Positions 14,782-25,697 are shown, counted from the stretch's first letter. The stretch is 64,000 nt of DNA from an uncultured Ruminococcus sp. (GCA_964457685.1 CAYWFS010000001.1:12878-76877); one strand, 5' to 3'. Translations and numbers: made by a program. Notes: generated by a model from the sequence alone, not told the origin.

Positions 14782-17700
14782 ATGAACTACAGCTTACTAT
14801 GCGATATTTTTCGCCGAAATCGTGAATATACATCGCTTACCGCCGCATTGACTTCTCCTGTATACGGAAAACGAAAGCCGTATTATGTGAGCGGACTTAC
14901 CTCGGGGTCGGAGTATGTTTTTCTTACTTCCGTTGCCGAAGATATGAAGTCGGATAAGGCTCCGCCCGTCATAGTTTTCAGCAGTGAAAAACGTGCATCG
15001 GCATTCAGCGAGCATCTTGTTTCCTGCGGTATTAAAGCTGCTTATTTTCCGTCAAGAGAGTATTGCTTCTCGAATATTGCTTCATCACATGATTATGAGG
15101 GAGAAAGACTCAGCGTTCTTGCGTCTCTTGTCGGAAGTGTGCCTGATGATTTCCGCTGTGAAGCCGTATGCACGACCGCAGAAGCAATTCTTCAGGTAAC
15201 ACTTCCTCCGAGTGAGCTTAAAGAAAAGTGTATCAGGGTGTCGTTTGACGAGTCTCTTGACACGACTGTTCTTTCTGTGAAGCTTTCGGAGGCCGGTTAC
15301 ACAAGAGTAGAGCTTGTCGAGGCTCCGGGTCAATATGCAATTCGCGGCGGAATAGTCGATGTTTATCCCCCGAGATCGGAGCCTGTGAGAATAGAGCTGT
15401 TCGGTGACGAGATTGACAGAATGGGATATTTTTCCGTCGAAACACAGCGATTCTCGGAAGCCTCTGAGGAAACGATGGTCTTTCCGCCGGTAAGAGAGCT
15501 TATCTTCTCACAGGAAAAGCGTGACATCCTTGCGGAAATGATAAAAAAGCACATTCGCCGCATAGGAAATAATACGGAGGAGAAAAACGCAAGAGCTGCC
15601 GAGGTGCTGTCGGGTGAGCTTACATCGCTTGAACAGGGCTTTGAGCTGAACTTTGCCGATAAATATCTCCCGACACTGTATCCTGACGGAACTTCTCTCC
15701 TTGATTACGACTGCGGAGCGATGATTCTTGTTGACTGCGGTGAGATAGAGGAAAGAGCAAACGCTCAAAATACGCTGATTGAGCAGAGTATTGCGGATAT
15801 GAGCGAAAATCACGAGCTTCCTCCGCAGAAAAACGGAATTTATTTGCGTTCGTTTGATGAAATAGGTGACAGACAGTCATCTCCCGTTGTGTTCATAGAT
15901 ACGCTTCTTCGTTCTCACAGCGGACTTACTCCTGCCGGACTTTTCACTTTCAATACACGGCATGTCCCTGCTTATGCCGGAAACAGCTCTTTATTTATGG
16001 AGGATCTCGAAAGATTCCGCACGGAAAACTATCTGTGTATTGTCCTCTGTGCATCGGAAAACGAGAAGAATGCCATAAAAAACGAGCTTATAGCAAAAGG
16101 AATAACAGTAGCTCAGGCAAGCGGAGACGATATTACCGCAGAAAAGCTTGTCGGACAGGGAAATGCTCCTGTGCTTCTCATGTGCGGAGAATTTCCGGGT
16201 GGATATGAGCTTGCATACCCTAAATTCGTGCTTCTCGATTATTCCAGGGAATCCGCAAAGCCGACAAGAGGACGCTATCTCAAAAAATCGAAAAAGAAAA
16301 AGACCGCTACCGAAGCCATTATGTCATATGCCGACCTCGATGTAGGAGATATTGTCGTTCATGAGGCTTACGGTATCGGTCAGTACATGGGACTTGAAAC
16401 TCTGACAATCGACGGTGCTTCAAGAGACTATGTTCACATAAAATACGCAGGAAGCGATAAGCTTTTTCTCCCCGTTGACCAGCTCGACCATGTGGCGAAA
16501 TATATCGGTGCAGGCTCGGAAAACGGTATGGTCAAGCTGTCGAAAATGGGCGGTGCCGACTGGATGCGTGCCAAAAGCAAGGCAAAGGCTTCCACAAAGG
16601 AAATGGCAAAGGAGCTTATTGAGCTTTACGCAAGAAGAAAGAGAACCAAGGGTATCGCATTCGACAAGGATGACGATATGTGCCGTGAGTTTGCCGATTC
16701 ATTCCAGTACGAGGAGACAGACGGACAGCTCAGTGCAATAGACGATATACGTCAGGATATGGAAAAACCGTACCCGATGGACAGACTTCTCTGCGGAGAC
16801 GTCGGATACGGCAAGACCGAGGTTGCACTCAGAGCCGCATTTAAGGCTGTTATGAGCGGCAAGCAGGTTGCGATTCTTGTTCCGACTACTATCCTTGCGT
16901 ACCAGCATTATCAGACGTTCCTCAGCCGTATGAGAGCCTTTCCGGTGAAGATAGATATGGTATCACGTTTCCGTACACAATCCGAACAGGCGGCTGCTAT
17001 GCGTCGTGTGGGCAGGGGAGAGACGGATATTATAATCGGTACTCACAGACTTATTTCAAAGGACGCAAAATTTTACGACCTCGGACTTATAATAATAGAC
17101 GAGGAGCAGAGATTCGGTGTTGCACAAAAGGAAAAGCTGAAGCAGCTTGCGGTCAATGCCGATATTCTGACTCTTACCGCCACTCCCATTCCGAGAACTC
17201 TCAATATGGCAATGGGCGGTATCGTTGACATGAGTGTGCTTGAGGAGGCTCCCGGACTACGTTCTCCCGTACAAACCTATGTAATGGAGTATGACGAAGC
17301 ACTTGTGCATGAGGCTATCAGACGTGAGCTGAGACGAGGAGGACAGGTATTCTATCTCTACAACAGAGTAGAGGGAATATACAACGTCGCCGACAGAATA
17401 GAGAGGGCGATTCCCGATGCAAGAATAGCTGTTGCACACGGTAAAATGGACAGGGAAGCCATAGAAGAAGTGTGGGATCAGCTGATAAAAGGCGAGATAG
17501 ACATACTTGTATGCACTACGATAATCGAGACGGGAGTCGATATTCCGAATGCGAACACCCTTATCATAGAAAATGCGGAAAACTACGGTCTGTCTCAGCT
17601 TCATCAGATACGAGGTCGTGTGGGACGTTCAAGTACAAGAGCCTTTGCATATTTCACCTACAAGAAGGGAAAACAGCTTACGGAGGTTGCGGAAAAACGT

Positions 17701-18342
17701 CTGGCGGCTTTAAAGGAATATGCGGAGTTCGGTGCAGGCTTCAGAATTGCTCTCCGTGACCTTGAAATAAGAGGTGCTGGGAATATTCTAGGCTCCGAAC
17801 AGCACGGTCACATGGAGGCTGTGGGATATGACCTTTACATGAAGCTTCTTGAAGAGGCTGTCATAGAAGAAAAAGGCGAAAAGGCTCCCGAACCACTCCC
17901 CGAATGTGCGGTAGACGTTCGATGTGACGCATACCTCTCGCAGAGCTATATTAAGTCCGCTCCGCAAAGAATGGATATGTATAAGCGAATCGCAAGGGTG
18001 CAGAACGAGGATGACTACGACGATATCATAGATGAGCTTTGCGACAGATACGGCGAACCGAATTCACAGGCGGTAAACCTCTGCCGTATTGCATGGATAA
18101 GAGCTATGGGACAGCAGGCTGGCTTTACGAAGATAGAGGAAAAGGACGGCAGTGTAAGACTTTACTGTACGTCTCCCGATGCCGTAAAGATACAGAGACT
18201 TGCCGCGGAATATCCTCTTCTCGGAGTGAGGGTAATGCTCGGTCAGACACCGTTTATAACCATGAAAACAAAGAAAAACATGAGAAATACGGAATTTTTG
18301 CTCGAAATACTCCGTAAATACACGAGTTTTTTTGACAAATAA
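14782..18342 (+). CDS. mfd: Transcription-repair coupling factor
   Basis: 1186 aa with SF2 helicase motifs GDVGYGKTEVA and DEEQRFG, plus a TRCF-type C-terminus. Confidence 0.9.
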   Translation: MNYSLLCDIFRRNREYTSLTAALTSPVYGKRKPYYVSGLTSGSEYVFLTSVAEDMKSDKAPPVIVFSSEKRASAFSEHLVSCGIKAAYFPSREYCFSNIASSHDYEGERLSVLASLVGSVPDDFRCEAVCTTAEAILQVTLPPSELKEKCIRVSFDESLDTTVLSVKLSEAGYTRVELVEAPGQYAIRGGIVDVYPPRSEPVRIELFGDEIDRMGYFSVETQRFSEASEETMVFPPVRELIFSQEKRDILAEMIKKHIRRIGNNTEEKNARAAEVLSGELTSLEQGFELNFADKYLPTLYPDGTSLLDYDCGAMILVDCGEIEERANAQNTLIEQSIADMSENHELPPQKNGIYLRSFDEIGDRQSSPVVFIDTLLRSHSGLTPAGLFTFNTRHVPAYAGNSSLFMEDLERFRTENYLCIVLCASENEKNAIKNELIAKGITVAQASGDDITAEKLVGQGNAPVLLMCGEFPGGYELAYPKFVLLDYSRESAKPTRGRYLKKSKKKKTATEAIMSYADLDVGDIVVHEAYGIGQYMGLETLTIDGASRDYVHIKYAGSDKLFLPVDQLDHVAKYIGAGSENGMVKLSKMGGADWMRAKSKAKASTKEMAKELIELYARRKRTKGIAFDKDDDMCREFADSFQYEETDGQLSAIDDIRQDMEKPYPMDRLLCGDVGYGKTEVALRAAFKAVMSGKQVAILVPTTILAYQHYQTFLSRMRAFPVKIDMVSRFRTQSEQAAAMRRVGRGETDIIIGTHRLISKDAKFYDLGLIIIDEEQRFGVAQKEKLKQLAVNADILTLTATPIPRTLNMAMGGIVDMSVLEEAPGLRSPVQTYVMEYDEALVHEAIRRELRRGGQVFYLYNRVEGIYNVADRIERAIPDARIAVAHGKMDREAIEEVWDQLIKGEIDILVCTTIIETGVDIPNANTLIIENAENYGLSQLHQIRGRVGRSSTRAFAYFTYKKGKQLTEVAEKRLAALKEYAEFGAGFRIALRDLEIRGAGNILGSEQHGHMEAVGYDLYMKLLEEAVIEEKGEKAPEPLPECAVDVRCDAYLSQSYIKSAPQRMDMYKRIARVQNEDDYDDIIDELCDRYGEPNSQAVNLCRIAWIRAMGQQAGFTKIEEKDGSVRLYCTSPDAVKIQRLAAEYPLLGVRVMLGQTPFITMKTKKNMRNTEFLLEILRKYTSFFDK

Positions 18343-18400
18343 TATGATTTGTTCATTTTCATGAGTTATAATATATAAAAAAGAATACAGAGAGAGATAA

Positions 18401-19486
18401 ATGAGAAACAAAACGGTATCAGCAATTCTCGCATCACTTGTTGTTGCGACTTCACTTGTGTCCTGCTCATCGGGGAAGGTTATGACCTATGGCAGTCACT
18501 CTATAAACGAAAACGAATTTACCTATTATCTTGCAACCTACAAAGGAAGCTACGCAAAGACCTATTCCGATTTTGAGAATACGGCGGAATATTTTTCGAC
18601 AGTCGTTACAGATGACGGAGAAACGGCCGAGGACGTGCTTTTCGAGTCGGTTGTACACAATGTGGAGATGACCCTGATTTGTGAGGAGCTTTTCGATGAG
18701 TACAATCTGAAGCTCTCCGACACGATTGAGGATACAATAGACGAATACCTCGAGGATTTTGTTACCGAATATTCCGACGGAAGCCGAAATAAATTCAATG
18801 CAACACTCGGAACCTACGGTGTAAATCTCAAAATGCTGAAGAAGATTTATCTCCGTGACGAAAAAGTATCCGCTCTTTATTCCGCACTTTACGGAGATGG
18901 CGGCATTATCGGAATAAGCGACAGTGACAGACAGACTTATCTCGAAGAAAATTATGTAAGAGTACGTCATATATATGTCAATAACAAGTACGCATATTCC
19001 TATGACGAGGACGGCGTTCCCGAATACACGGATGACGGCATAAGAAAAAAACGTGACCTTACAGACGAAGAGCTTGAAGCAAAGCAGGCACTCATAGACG
19101 CTATAGACGAGTCTCTTGCCGACGGAGCTGACTTTGAAGAGGTGTACGAGGCTATGTCGGAGGACAAGTACTACAAGAACGGCTACTATATTTCCGAAAA
19201 TATGGATTTTGTGGACGATGTTGTTGAGGGTGCGATGTCTCTCGAAATAGGTGAGAGTGTAAAGATAGAAAGCGACTACGGAACACATTACATCATGCGT
19301 CTCGAAATGGATGAAAAGCCGTGGGATGACGACAATAATGCCGACTTCTTTGAAGACTACGACAGTACTGTAGGAGAAGCTATGTTTGTAGCGTTTGTCG
19401 AGGAAAAGCTTGATGAGGTTGAACTGAATGAAGAAGCCCTCGAAAATTATTCGATAACGGATTCTCCTGTAAATTACAGATTTTGA
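18401..19486 (+). CDS. Lipoprotein, PrsA/SurA-like putative foldase
   Basis: Signal peptide with lipobox LVSCSS; acidic 361-aa protein in the position occupied by prsA-like genes after mfd. I could not recognise a clear parvulin motif. Confidence 0.4.
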   Translation: MRNKTVSAILASLVVATSLVSCSSGKVMTYGSHSINENEFTYYLATYKGSYAKTYSDFENTAEYFSTVVTDDGETAEDVLFESVVHNVEMTLICEELFDEYNLKLSDTIEDTIDEYLEDFVTEYSDGSRNKFNATLGTYGVNLKMLKKIYLRDEKVSALYSALYGDGGIIGISDSDRQTYLEENYVRVRHIYVNNKYAYSYDEDGVPEYTDDGIRKKRDLTDEELEAKQALIDAIDESLADGADFEEVYEAMSEDKYYKNGYYISENMDFVDDVVEGAMSLEIGESVKIESDYGTHYIMRLEMDEKPWDDDNNADFFEDYDSTVGEAMFVAFVEEKLDEVELNEEALENYSITDSPVNYRF

Positions 19487-19516
19487 CAATTAATTAACTG
19501 AAAGAAGGTAGAAACT

Positions 19517-19960
19517 ATGGCGGAAACACCGGAAATTCTGCACACCGCATTTGTTATAAAAAAAGCTTATGATTCCGTATGGGATGATATTTCCGAAAAG
19601 TTCTCGCTCACCCGTGCAGAGATAGATGTGCTTGCTTTCATAGCCAATAACCCGCTGCTCAATACCGCAAGTAATGTTGTGGATTACAGAATGATAGCGA
19701 AAAGCCATGTTTCAAAGGCTGTAGAGCATCTTATGGAGCGTGGGTATGTGGTCGGAAACAAGGATCAAAAGGACAGACGACAGGTTCATCTTGCACTTAC
19801 CGAGACGGCGGATGAGGTTGTTCGTGAGATAACAAAGCGTCAGCATGAATTCAAAAAAATGATGTGCGACGGAATAACGGAAGAAGAATTCAGAATGTTC
19901 AAAAAGGTCGCGGAAAAAATAGTAAAAAACTCCGGACTTTTAATTAACGACAAGACATAA
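19517..19960 (+). CDS. MarR-family transcriptional regulator
   Basis: 147 aa with a winged-helix region (...VSKAVEHLMERGYVVGNKDQKDRRQVHLALTE...). Confidence 0.8.
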   Translation: MAETPEILHTAFVIKKAYDSVWDDISEKFSLTRAEIDVLAFIANNPLLNTASNVVDYRMIAKSHVSKAVEHLMERGYVVGNKDQKDRRQVHLALTETADEVVREITKRQHEFKKMMCDGITEEEFRMFKKVAEKIVKNSGLLINDKT

Positions 19961-20013
19961 AAAAATCCCACAGGATTTCGACTTATGCAATCGGAAAACT
20001 GTGGGATTTTGAT
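19961..20013. terminator. Bidirectional terminator between marR and the ABC operon
   Basis: AAATCCCACAG (19963-19973) pairs with CTGTGGGATTT (19999-20009). An A-run lies upstream and a T-run downstream. Confidence 0.8.
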
Positions 20014-20017
20014 TTGT

Positions 20018-22291
20018 TTACTTTCCGGCTTTCGCTGCAATGAGCTTTTGAGCCTTGTCAAGCATACCAGAGTCCTGACGCTGTGCCATAACGAGTCTCC
20101 AGTAGAAGCCCTTGAGTTCAAGAAGCTCCTGGTGAGTACCGAACTCTACTACATGACCCTTGTCAAGCACGAGAAGTCTGTCTGCGTTGCGGAGAGTCGA
20201 GAGTCGGTGAGCAATGGCAAAGGTGGTTCTGTCCTTTGTAAGCTTGTTGATAGCGTCCTGAATGAGCTTTTCCGTTTCGGTATCGAGAGCGGCTGTAGCT
20301 TCATCGAGGATAAGAACCTTCGGGTTGTGAATAAGAGCACGGGCAATTGCAACACGCTGTCTTTCACCGCCGGAGAGTGAATAACCCTTTTCACCTACCA
20401 TGGTGTTGTAGCCCTCGGGGAGGTTTACGATGAAGTCATGTGCATTAGCAAGCTTTGCGGCGGCAATAACCTCTTCGTCTGTAGCGTGAGGCTTCGCATA
20501 TTTGATGTTGTCTCTTATGGAACCGGAGAAGAGGTGAGTTTCCTGAAGAACTACGCCTATCTGAGAACGGAGTGCATTCTGTGATATATCCTTGATGTTA
20601 ACTCCGTCTATCTCGATTGAACCGTCCGTTACATCATAGAGACGCATGAGGAGGTTTATAAGCGTTGTCTTACCGGAACCCGAGTGACCGACGATACCGA
20701 TCATTTCGCCCTTCTTGATGTCGATGTTGATGTTTTCGAGAACGGGGTTGTATGTATCGTAGCCGAATGTTACGTTCTTTATGCTGATGTCACCCTCGAT
20801 GGAAATATCAATAGGAAGACCTATATCCGATACTTCCGGCTGTTCCTCGAGAATTTCAAGAACCTTTCCGAGAGAGGTAAGGAACGATGAAATGTTACGG
20901 GGAATGAAGGTTATCCAAAGCAGAGGACCGTAGATGATGTTTGAGTAGGAGTTGAACTGGTGGAGGTCACCGTAGCTCATAGCACCCTTAAAGAGGAGAT
21001 AGTTTCCGTAGAACAGGATGAGATAGCTACCGAAACGTACCGCAAATCCGAGGAGCGGGAAGACAGTATCGAACAGCAGAGCATTTGATTCGGACTGCTG
21101 TGCGGAACGGTCTGTACGCTTATGGAAGGTTGCGATTTCTCTTTCCTCGTTACCGAATGCCTTAACGACACGGATACCGTTTAAAACGTCCTGGAGGAAA
21201 AGGTTTACATGGTGTCCGAGAACCCAGTTCTTTGTGTTACGATGCTGCATGGTTGCCCAGAACTTGTAAACAAGATAAACAACAAGCGGAATCGGAACAA
21301 ATACGAACAAGCTCATCAGAGGGTTGAGTATGAGCAGGAATATAAGTGCAAGGATGAACGAAGCACCCTGAGTGAAAAGGCTGGGGAGCTGGTTCGTCAT
21401 GAAGTCCTGAACGACGTTTACATCCCCTGTGATTCTTCCCATAAGGTCACCGGTGGATTTACGCTGAATCGAGGAGACCGAGAGGGTAGAAATCTTTTCG
21501 TAGAGAAGTGTACGCATCATAAGGGTGAATTTGTTACCCGAGATTGCGGACATACGGCTTTGCAATACGCTGAGAACACGCTGAACAAGGTCTATCGAGA
21601 TGATAGCGATGAATATCAGCACGAACGAACGAAGGTGGGGGTCACTGAACGAGTTTACGGGACGGATGGATTCATTTGTCAGGTAGTCGTTTACGGCGAC
21701 CTTCTGAATTGCGGGGAGTACGAACTGGATTATAAGTGAGAAAACGGATACGAACAGAGGGAAGAACAGCATGAGTCTGAGACCCTTTGTAAGTCCCCAG
21801 AGCTTCTTGTAAACTTCCTTGGTGTTTCGGCAGAACGGACAGAGCTTTGTGCCTCTGATAAAGGGACGACCGCATTTCGGACAGAATCTTTCGGGATCGT
21901 CGTTTGTTACAGGCTCTCCGGGAGCTTTTTCCTCACGTCTTTTCTTTGCAAGATCTTCGCAGGCATGGACGAGAACGGAATATCTCGGAAGATTTCGACC
22001 GCTCAGGAAACGGCATACAAGAGTTGTAATACCGTCAACCTCCGCATAGAACGAGCAGTTACCATACAGTACTTCTGTCGAGAATATACCGCACCTTGAA
22101 AGGTCGATTTCGTTTATTATCTTTCCGTTCAGTATGCAGAGTATTCTTCTGTCGGTTACCGCCGTCCAGCCGTCAACAAATTTGTCCTCGAGTACGTTGA
22201 ACGGAACAACATACATAAGTTTTTCGCCTTGCTCGGCAGATGAATCATAAGCCGCTCTGTCAAGCTCCGGCAAATCGTACATCAGTTTCAT
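20018..22291 (-). CDS. ABC exporter half-transporter (TMD-NBD) with an N-terminal cytoplasmic extension of about 160 aa ending in a zinc ribbon
   Basis: 757 aa. Walker A GHSGSGKTT, signature LSGGERQR, Walker B LILDEATAALD. The N-terminal CPKCGRPFIRGTKLCPFC precedes the first TM helix. Confidence 0.85.
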   Translation of the reverse strand: MKLMYDLPELDRAAYDSSAEQGEKLMYVVPFNVLEDKFVDGWTAVTDRRILCILNGKIINEIDLSRCGIFSTEVLYGNCSFYAEVDGITTLVCRFLSGRNLPRYSVLVHACEDLAKKRREEKAPGEPVTNDDPERFCPKCGRPFIRGTKLCPFCRNTKEVYKKLWGLTKGLRLMLFFPLFVSVFSLIIQFVLPAIQKVAVNDYLTNESIRPVNSFSDPHLRSFVLIFIAIISIDLVQRVLSVLQSRMSAISGNKFTLMMRTLLYEKISTLSVSSIQRKSTGDLMGRITGDVNVVQDFMTNQLPSLFTQGASFILALIFLLILNPLMSLFVFVPIPLVVYLVYKFWATMQHRNTKNWVLGHHVNLFLQDVLNGIRVVKAFGNEEREIATFHKRTDRSAQQSESNALLFDTVFPLLGFAVRFGSYLILFYGNYLLFKGAMSYGDLHQFNSYSNIIYGPLLWITFIPRNISSFLTSLGKVLEILEEQPEVSDIGLPIDISIEGDISIKNVTFGYDTYNPVLENINIDIKKGEMIGIVGHSGSGKTTLINLLMRLYDVTDGSIEIDGVNIKDISQNALRSQIGVVLQETHLFSGSIRDNIKYAKPHATDEEVIAAAKLANAHDFIVNLPEGYNTMVGEKGYSLSGGERQRVAIARALIHNPKVLILDEATAALDTETEKLIQDAINKLTKDRTTFAIAHRLSTLRNADRLLVLDKGHVVEFGTHQELLELKGFYWRLVMAQRQDSGMLDKAQKLIAAKAGK

Positions 22292-22332
22292 AATTTGACT
22301 GCCTTTCCGGATTTTTTATCTGGGTGTTGTAC

Positions 22333-23001
22333 TCAGATATAGATCTCAATGTACTTGTAGCTCAGCTTGTCGAGCTTTGAAGGATCGGGGATAACGAAGC
22401 AGTTACCGTCCATATCGGAGATGAATATTCTCATATCTTCAAGAACACGAATGTTGGAGAAGGGGTTGTTGAGAACGATGGAGGCACTTCCGGCTGTGGT
22501 GTCGGCTTCCCAGTAGGTATAACCGAACTTTTCCTTTGAGGAGTTAATCTTCTTTATTTCGGGAGTGAAGTAGCGAACGTCAAGCTCATCGTTAATAAGC
22601 TTTACGGTGTCCTTGTCGAAATCCGCGAGATTGCGAATCATTCCGATTTCCGCACCTCTGCCCTTAATACGAGAGTCAGGCTCTCTTACCGAAAGAAATT
22701 CATTCGGGGCGGTAACGGGGAAGGAGCGGCGAATAACTACTCTTTCAAAAAATTCTTCTTCACCCTCTGCGTTGATTATCTTAAGAGAGATAAGTCCGCC
22801 GCTTGAGAGTGAAAAGTGAGAGTTTTCCGTGGTCATGTTTATGGATTCTCTGTGCTTAAACAGCTCATCCGTATCAACCTCTCCGTCTTCCTCGGCGGGA
22901 GCGTCGTTTTTCTTTTTTTCTTCAGCCTTGCTTTCGAGCTTTTTTTCTTCTGCTTTATTTGTATCCGCGGTTTTTACGGTATCTTTTTCCTTGGTTGCCA
23001 T
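22333..23001 (-). CDS. DUF1854-like protein with a Lys/Glu-rich N-terminal tail
   Basis: 222 aa, sandwiched between the two ABC genes. The family call is from memory of DUF1854 gene context and size. Confidence 0.5.
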   Translation of the reverse strand: MATKEKDTVKTADTNKAEEKKLESKAEEKKKNDAPAEEDGEVDTDELFKHRESINMTTENSHFSLSSGGLISLKIINAEGEEEFFERVVIRRSFPVTAPNEFLSVREPDSRIKGRGAEIGMIRNLADFDKDTVKLINDELDVRYFTPEIKKINSSKEKFGYTYWEADTTAGSASIVLNNPFSNIRVLEDMRIFISDMDGNCFVIPDPSKLDKLSYKYIEIYI

Positions 23002-23034
23002 AATATTACCTATCCTTTCATACTGAAATCGGAC

Positions 23035-25434
23035 TTACATTCCTGCGAGAACCTTCTTCATAGCTTCTGACTGGAGCTTGTAGAGCTTATAGTAAACTCC
23101 GCCCTTTGCGAGAAGCTCATCCGGAGGACCCTCTTCTGCTATTTCACCGTTTTCGATAACAAACAGGTAGTTGCAGTCCTTGAGTGTGGAAAGTCTGTGT
23201 GCTATAGTGATACAGGTGCGTCCCTCAACAAGCTTTGAGAGAGCGTCGCCGATAAGTCTTTCGGTTTCGGTGTCCATTGCCGCAGTAGCTTCATCGAGAA
23301 TGAGGATGGAGGGTGACATAAGCAATGCACGGGCGATTGAAACTCTCTGACGTTCACCGCCGGAAAGAGAACGGCTACCGGAACCGACTTCCGTTTCATA
23401 GCCCTCGGGAAGACGAACAATGAAGTCGTGAGCATTTGCAGCCTTAGCCGCAGCTATAACCTCTTCCATTGTCGCATCGGGACGAGCGTAACGGATGTTG
23501 TCGGCAATGGTTCCTCTGAACAGGAATATTTCCTGGGATACTATTGCGATATTATGTCTGATAGATGAAATGTCGATTTTCTTGAGGTCGGTTCCGTCTA
23601 CCAGTATCTGACCCGAGATAGGGTCGTACATACGGGTGATAAGGTTAACTATGGTACTCTTACCGCTTCCCGTATGACCTACAAGACCGATGTTGTCGCC
23701 TGGATTGATTTTGATATTGACATTTTTAAGAATAGGTCTGTTCGGGTTGTAATGGAACGAAACGTCCTTGAATTCGATATTTCCCTTAAATTCGGGCTTT
23801 GCTATCGCATCATGAGCGTTCATTACATCGGGAACCATGTCAAGCACTTCAAACATTCTCTGGGCGGCATTGATTGTGTCGGTAATGAGGTTTGTAAAGG
23901 TTGAGAAGAACTGGAGAGGACCGAAGATCATTCCGATATATCCGAGATACGTCGTAAATTCACCGTAGGTCATCTCTTCGCCCATTACGGAAAGACCGCC
24001 GAAGCCCCAAATCATCTGAGAAGACATACCGATAAGGAGGCTGACAACGGGGAATATCGTAAGGGAGGTAATGTTAACTCTGAGGTTAGCGTTAAAGAGC
24101 TTTGAGGAATACTTGTAGAAACGGTTTGTTTCCTCGGCTTCCTTTGCGAACGCTTTAACTACTCGGATACCATTTAAGGAGTCACCGAGCATGGAGTTAA
24201 GCGATGAGGAAGCTCTCCACTGCTTTGAATACATTCTCCATAGCTTGGGAAGCATTACTCTGAATATGATTATAATTATCGGAACGGGGACGAACACCAT
24301 CAGCGTGAGCTTCCAGTTAAGCGAGAACAGGAAGAACGTAAGACCGACGAAGTTCAGCACGTTGATAACAAAGTTAGGTACGCCGTCTATGTAGAAGCTG
24401 CGTATCTTGTCCGCATCATAGTTTACACGGTTGATAAGACGACCGGTAGACTGGTTGTTGAAGTAAGAAAGCGAAAGACCCATTAATGCGTCAAACACAT
24501 TCTGCTTCATTTTGTTGGTCATTCTCGTGGACAGCTTTGCGTTCGCACGGTTCTGAATGATGTTGACACCGAGCGATACGAGAGCAAGTCCGACAATAAC
24601 CGAGAGTACGATAAAGAGCTTTTCAACCGTATGCCATTTACCGCTTGAGCTGATTACGTTGTCGTAAAGTATCTCACCGTTGATTATAGGGGAAACAAGT
24701 GAGATAGCGGAGCTTGCAAGCATACAAAGTAGAACGGTGATTGCCTGTGCCTTATACGGAATAAGGAATTCAAGCAGTCTCTTGACGATGGCACCCTTTT
24801 TCTGACAGTGGGTGCAGACACGGCGGTACTGATTTTCATAAACCTGACCGCATTTCGGGCATTTTGCGTTAAACTGCTCGAATATCTGGTCATCGTCGTT
24901 TATGTCCTGACCTCTCAGGAATTTGTCAACAATTTCGCAGAACGCAAAGAGCTTTTGTCTCTTGGAGTTGGTGCAGTAACCCTTGATTCTTGTTACCGCA
25001 TCGCGATTCCATTCTTCTGCAATCTTGTCTCTTTCTTCCTTTTCGAGCTTCTCCGGCATATCCGGGCGCGGAGTTTGATGCTCATAACATAGGAGACGGT
25101 TGGAGGACATACAGGTATCAACAGTCAAATCGGAATTGTATTCCATTGTGAAGCTGTCGATGTAGTTGACGAGTTCGGCGTCCGGAACTTTTCCGAAGTC
25201 GTCATAGTCACGGGAGTGCTTTTGCTTTTGCTGCGGAATGGAGTCGGGATCGGCACAGAGACGGTGAATAAGTCGTCTGCCTTTTTCGTAGACGAGCCAT
25301 GCTTCACCGAAGTTTCCGTTAAGATCGAGGTCCAGTCGCACAGCAATGGTCATATCGTCGAGCGAGAGACCGCCGTCCTTTATGGCCGCTGATGCCGCAG
25401 GGGTGAGTTTGTCAAGCGGAAGCATAATAGTCAC
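23035..25434 (-). CDS. ABC exporter half-transporter (TMD-NBD) with an N-terminal extension of about 220 aa containing a zinc ribbon
   Basis: 799 aa. Walker A GHTGSGKST, LSGGERQR, LILDEATAAMD. CPKCGQVYENQYRRVCTHC lies before the first TM helix. The start may be the GTG at 25434 or the ATG at 25425. Confidence 0.85.
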   Translation of the reverse strand: MTIMLPLDKLTPAASAAIKDGGLSLDDMTIAVRLDLDLNGNFGEAWLVYEKGRRLIHRLCADPDSIPQQKQKHSRDYDDFGKVPDAELVNYIDSFTMEYNSDLTVDTCMSSNRLLCYEHQTPRPDMPEKLEKEERDKIAEEWNRDAVTRIKGYCTNSKRQKLFAFCEIVDKFLRGQDINDDDQIFEQFNAKCPKCGQVYENQYRRVCTHCQKKGAIVKRLLEFLIPYKAQAITVLLCMLASSAISLVSPIINGEILYDNVISSSGKWHTVEKLFIVLSVIVGLALVSLGVNIIQNRANAKLSTRMTNKMKQNVFDALMGLSLSYFNNQSTGRLINRVNYDADKIRSFYIDGVPNFVINVLNFVGLTFFLFSLNWKLTLMVFVPVPIIIIIFRVMLPKLWRMYSKQWRASSSLNSMLGDSLNGIRVVKAFAKEAEETNRFYKYSSKLFNANLRVNITSLTIFPVVSLLIGMSSQMIWGFGGLSVMGEEMTYGEFTTYLGYIGMIFGPLQFFSTFTNLITDTINAAQRMFEVLDMVPDVMNAHDAIAKPEFKGNIEFKDVSFHYNPNRPILKNVNIKINPGDNIGLVGHTGSGKSTIVNLITRMYDPISGQILVDGTDLKKIDISSIRHNIAIVSQEIFLFRGTIADNIRYARPDATMEEVIAAAKAANAHDFIVRLPEGYETEVGSGSRSLSGGERQRVSIARALLMSPSILILDEATAAMDTETERLIGDALSKLVEGRTCITIAHRLSTLKDCNYLFVIENGEIAEEGPPDELLAKGGVYYKLYKLQSEAMKKVLAGM

Positions 25435-25697
25435 ATACCTTTCTTGGGAATTTTACCTGAAACGGTAATTCTTTCCAAACACATTAGTTGCGTTTAACGC
25501 ATTTTTGCGTGAGGAAGAGTTCCGTGTATAGTACTGTAATGTAAAATTTCATGATTATTCTTCACACGGAGATTGTTTTGTGCTATAATAAGCTTATGCA
25601 GTAATATTCCGGTCCTACAAACAGTGAACACTATTTCATATAAAACTACCGTAATGTACAGCAATTTTATTATTAATATCGTTCACATAGTCTATTA

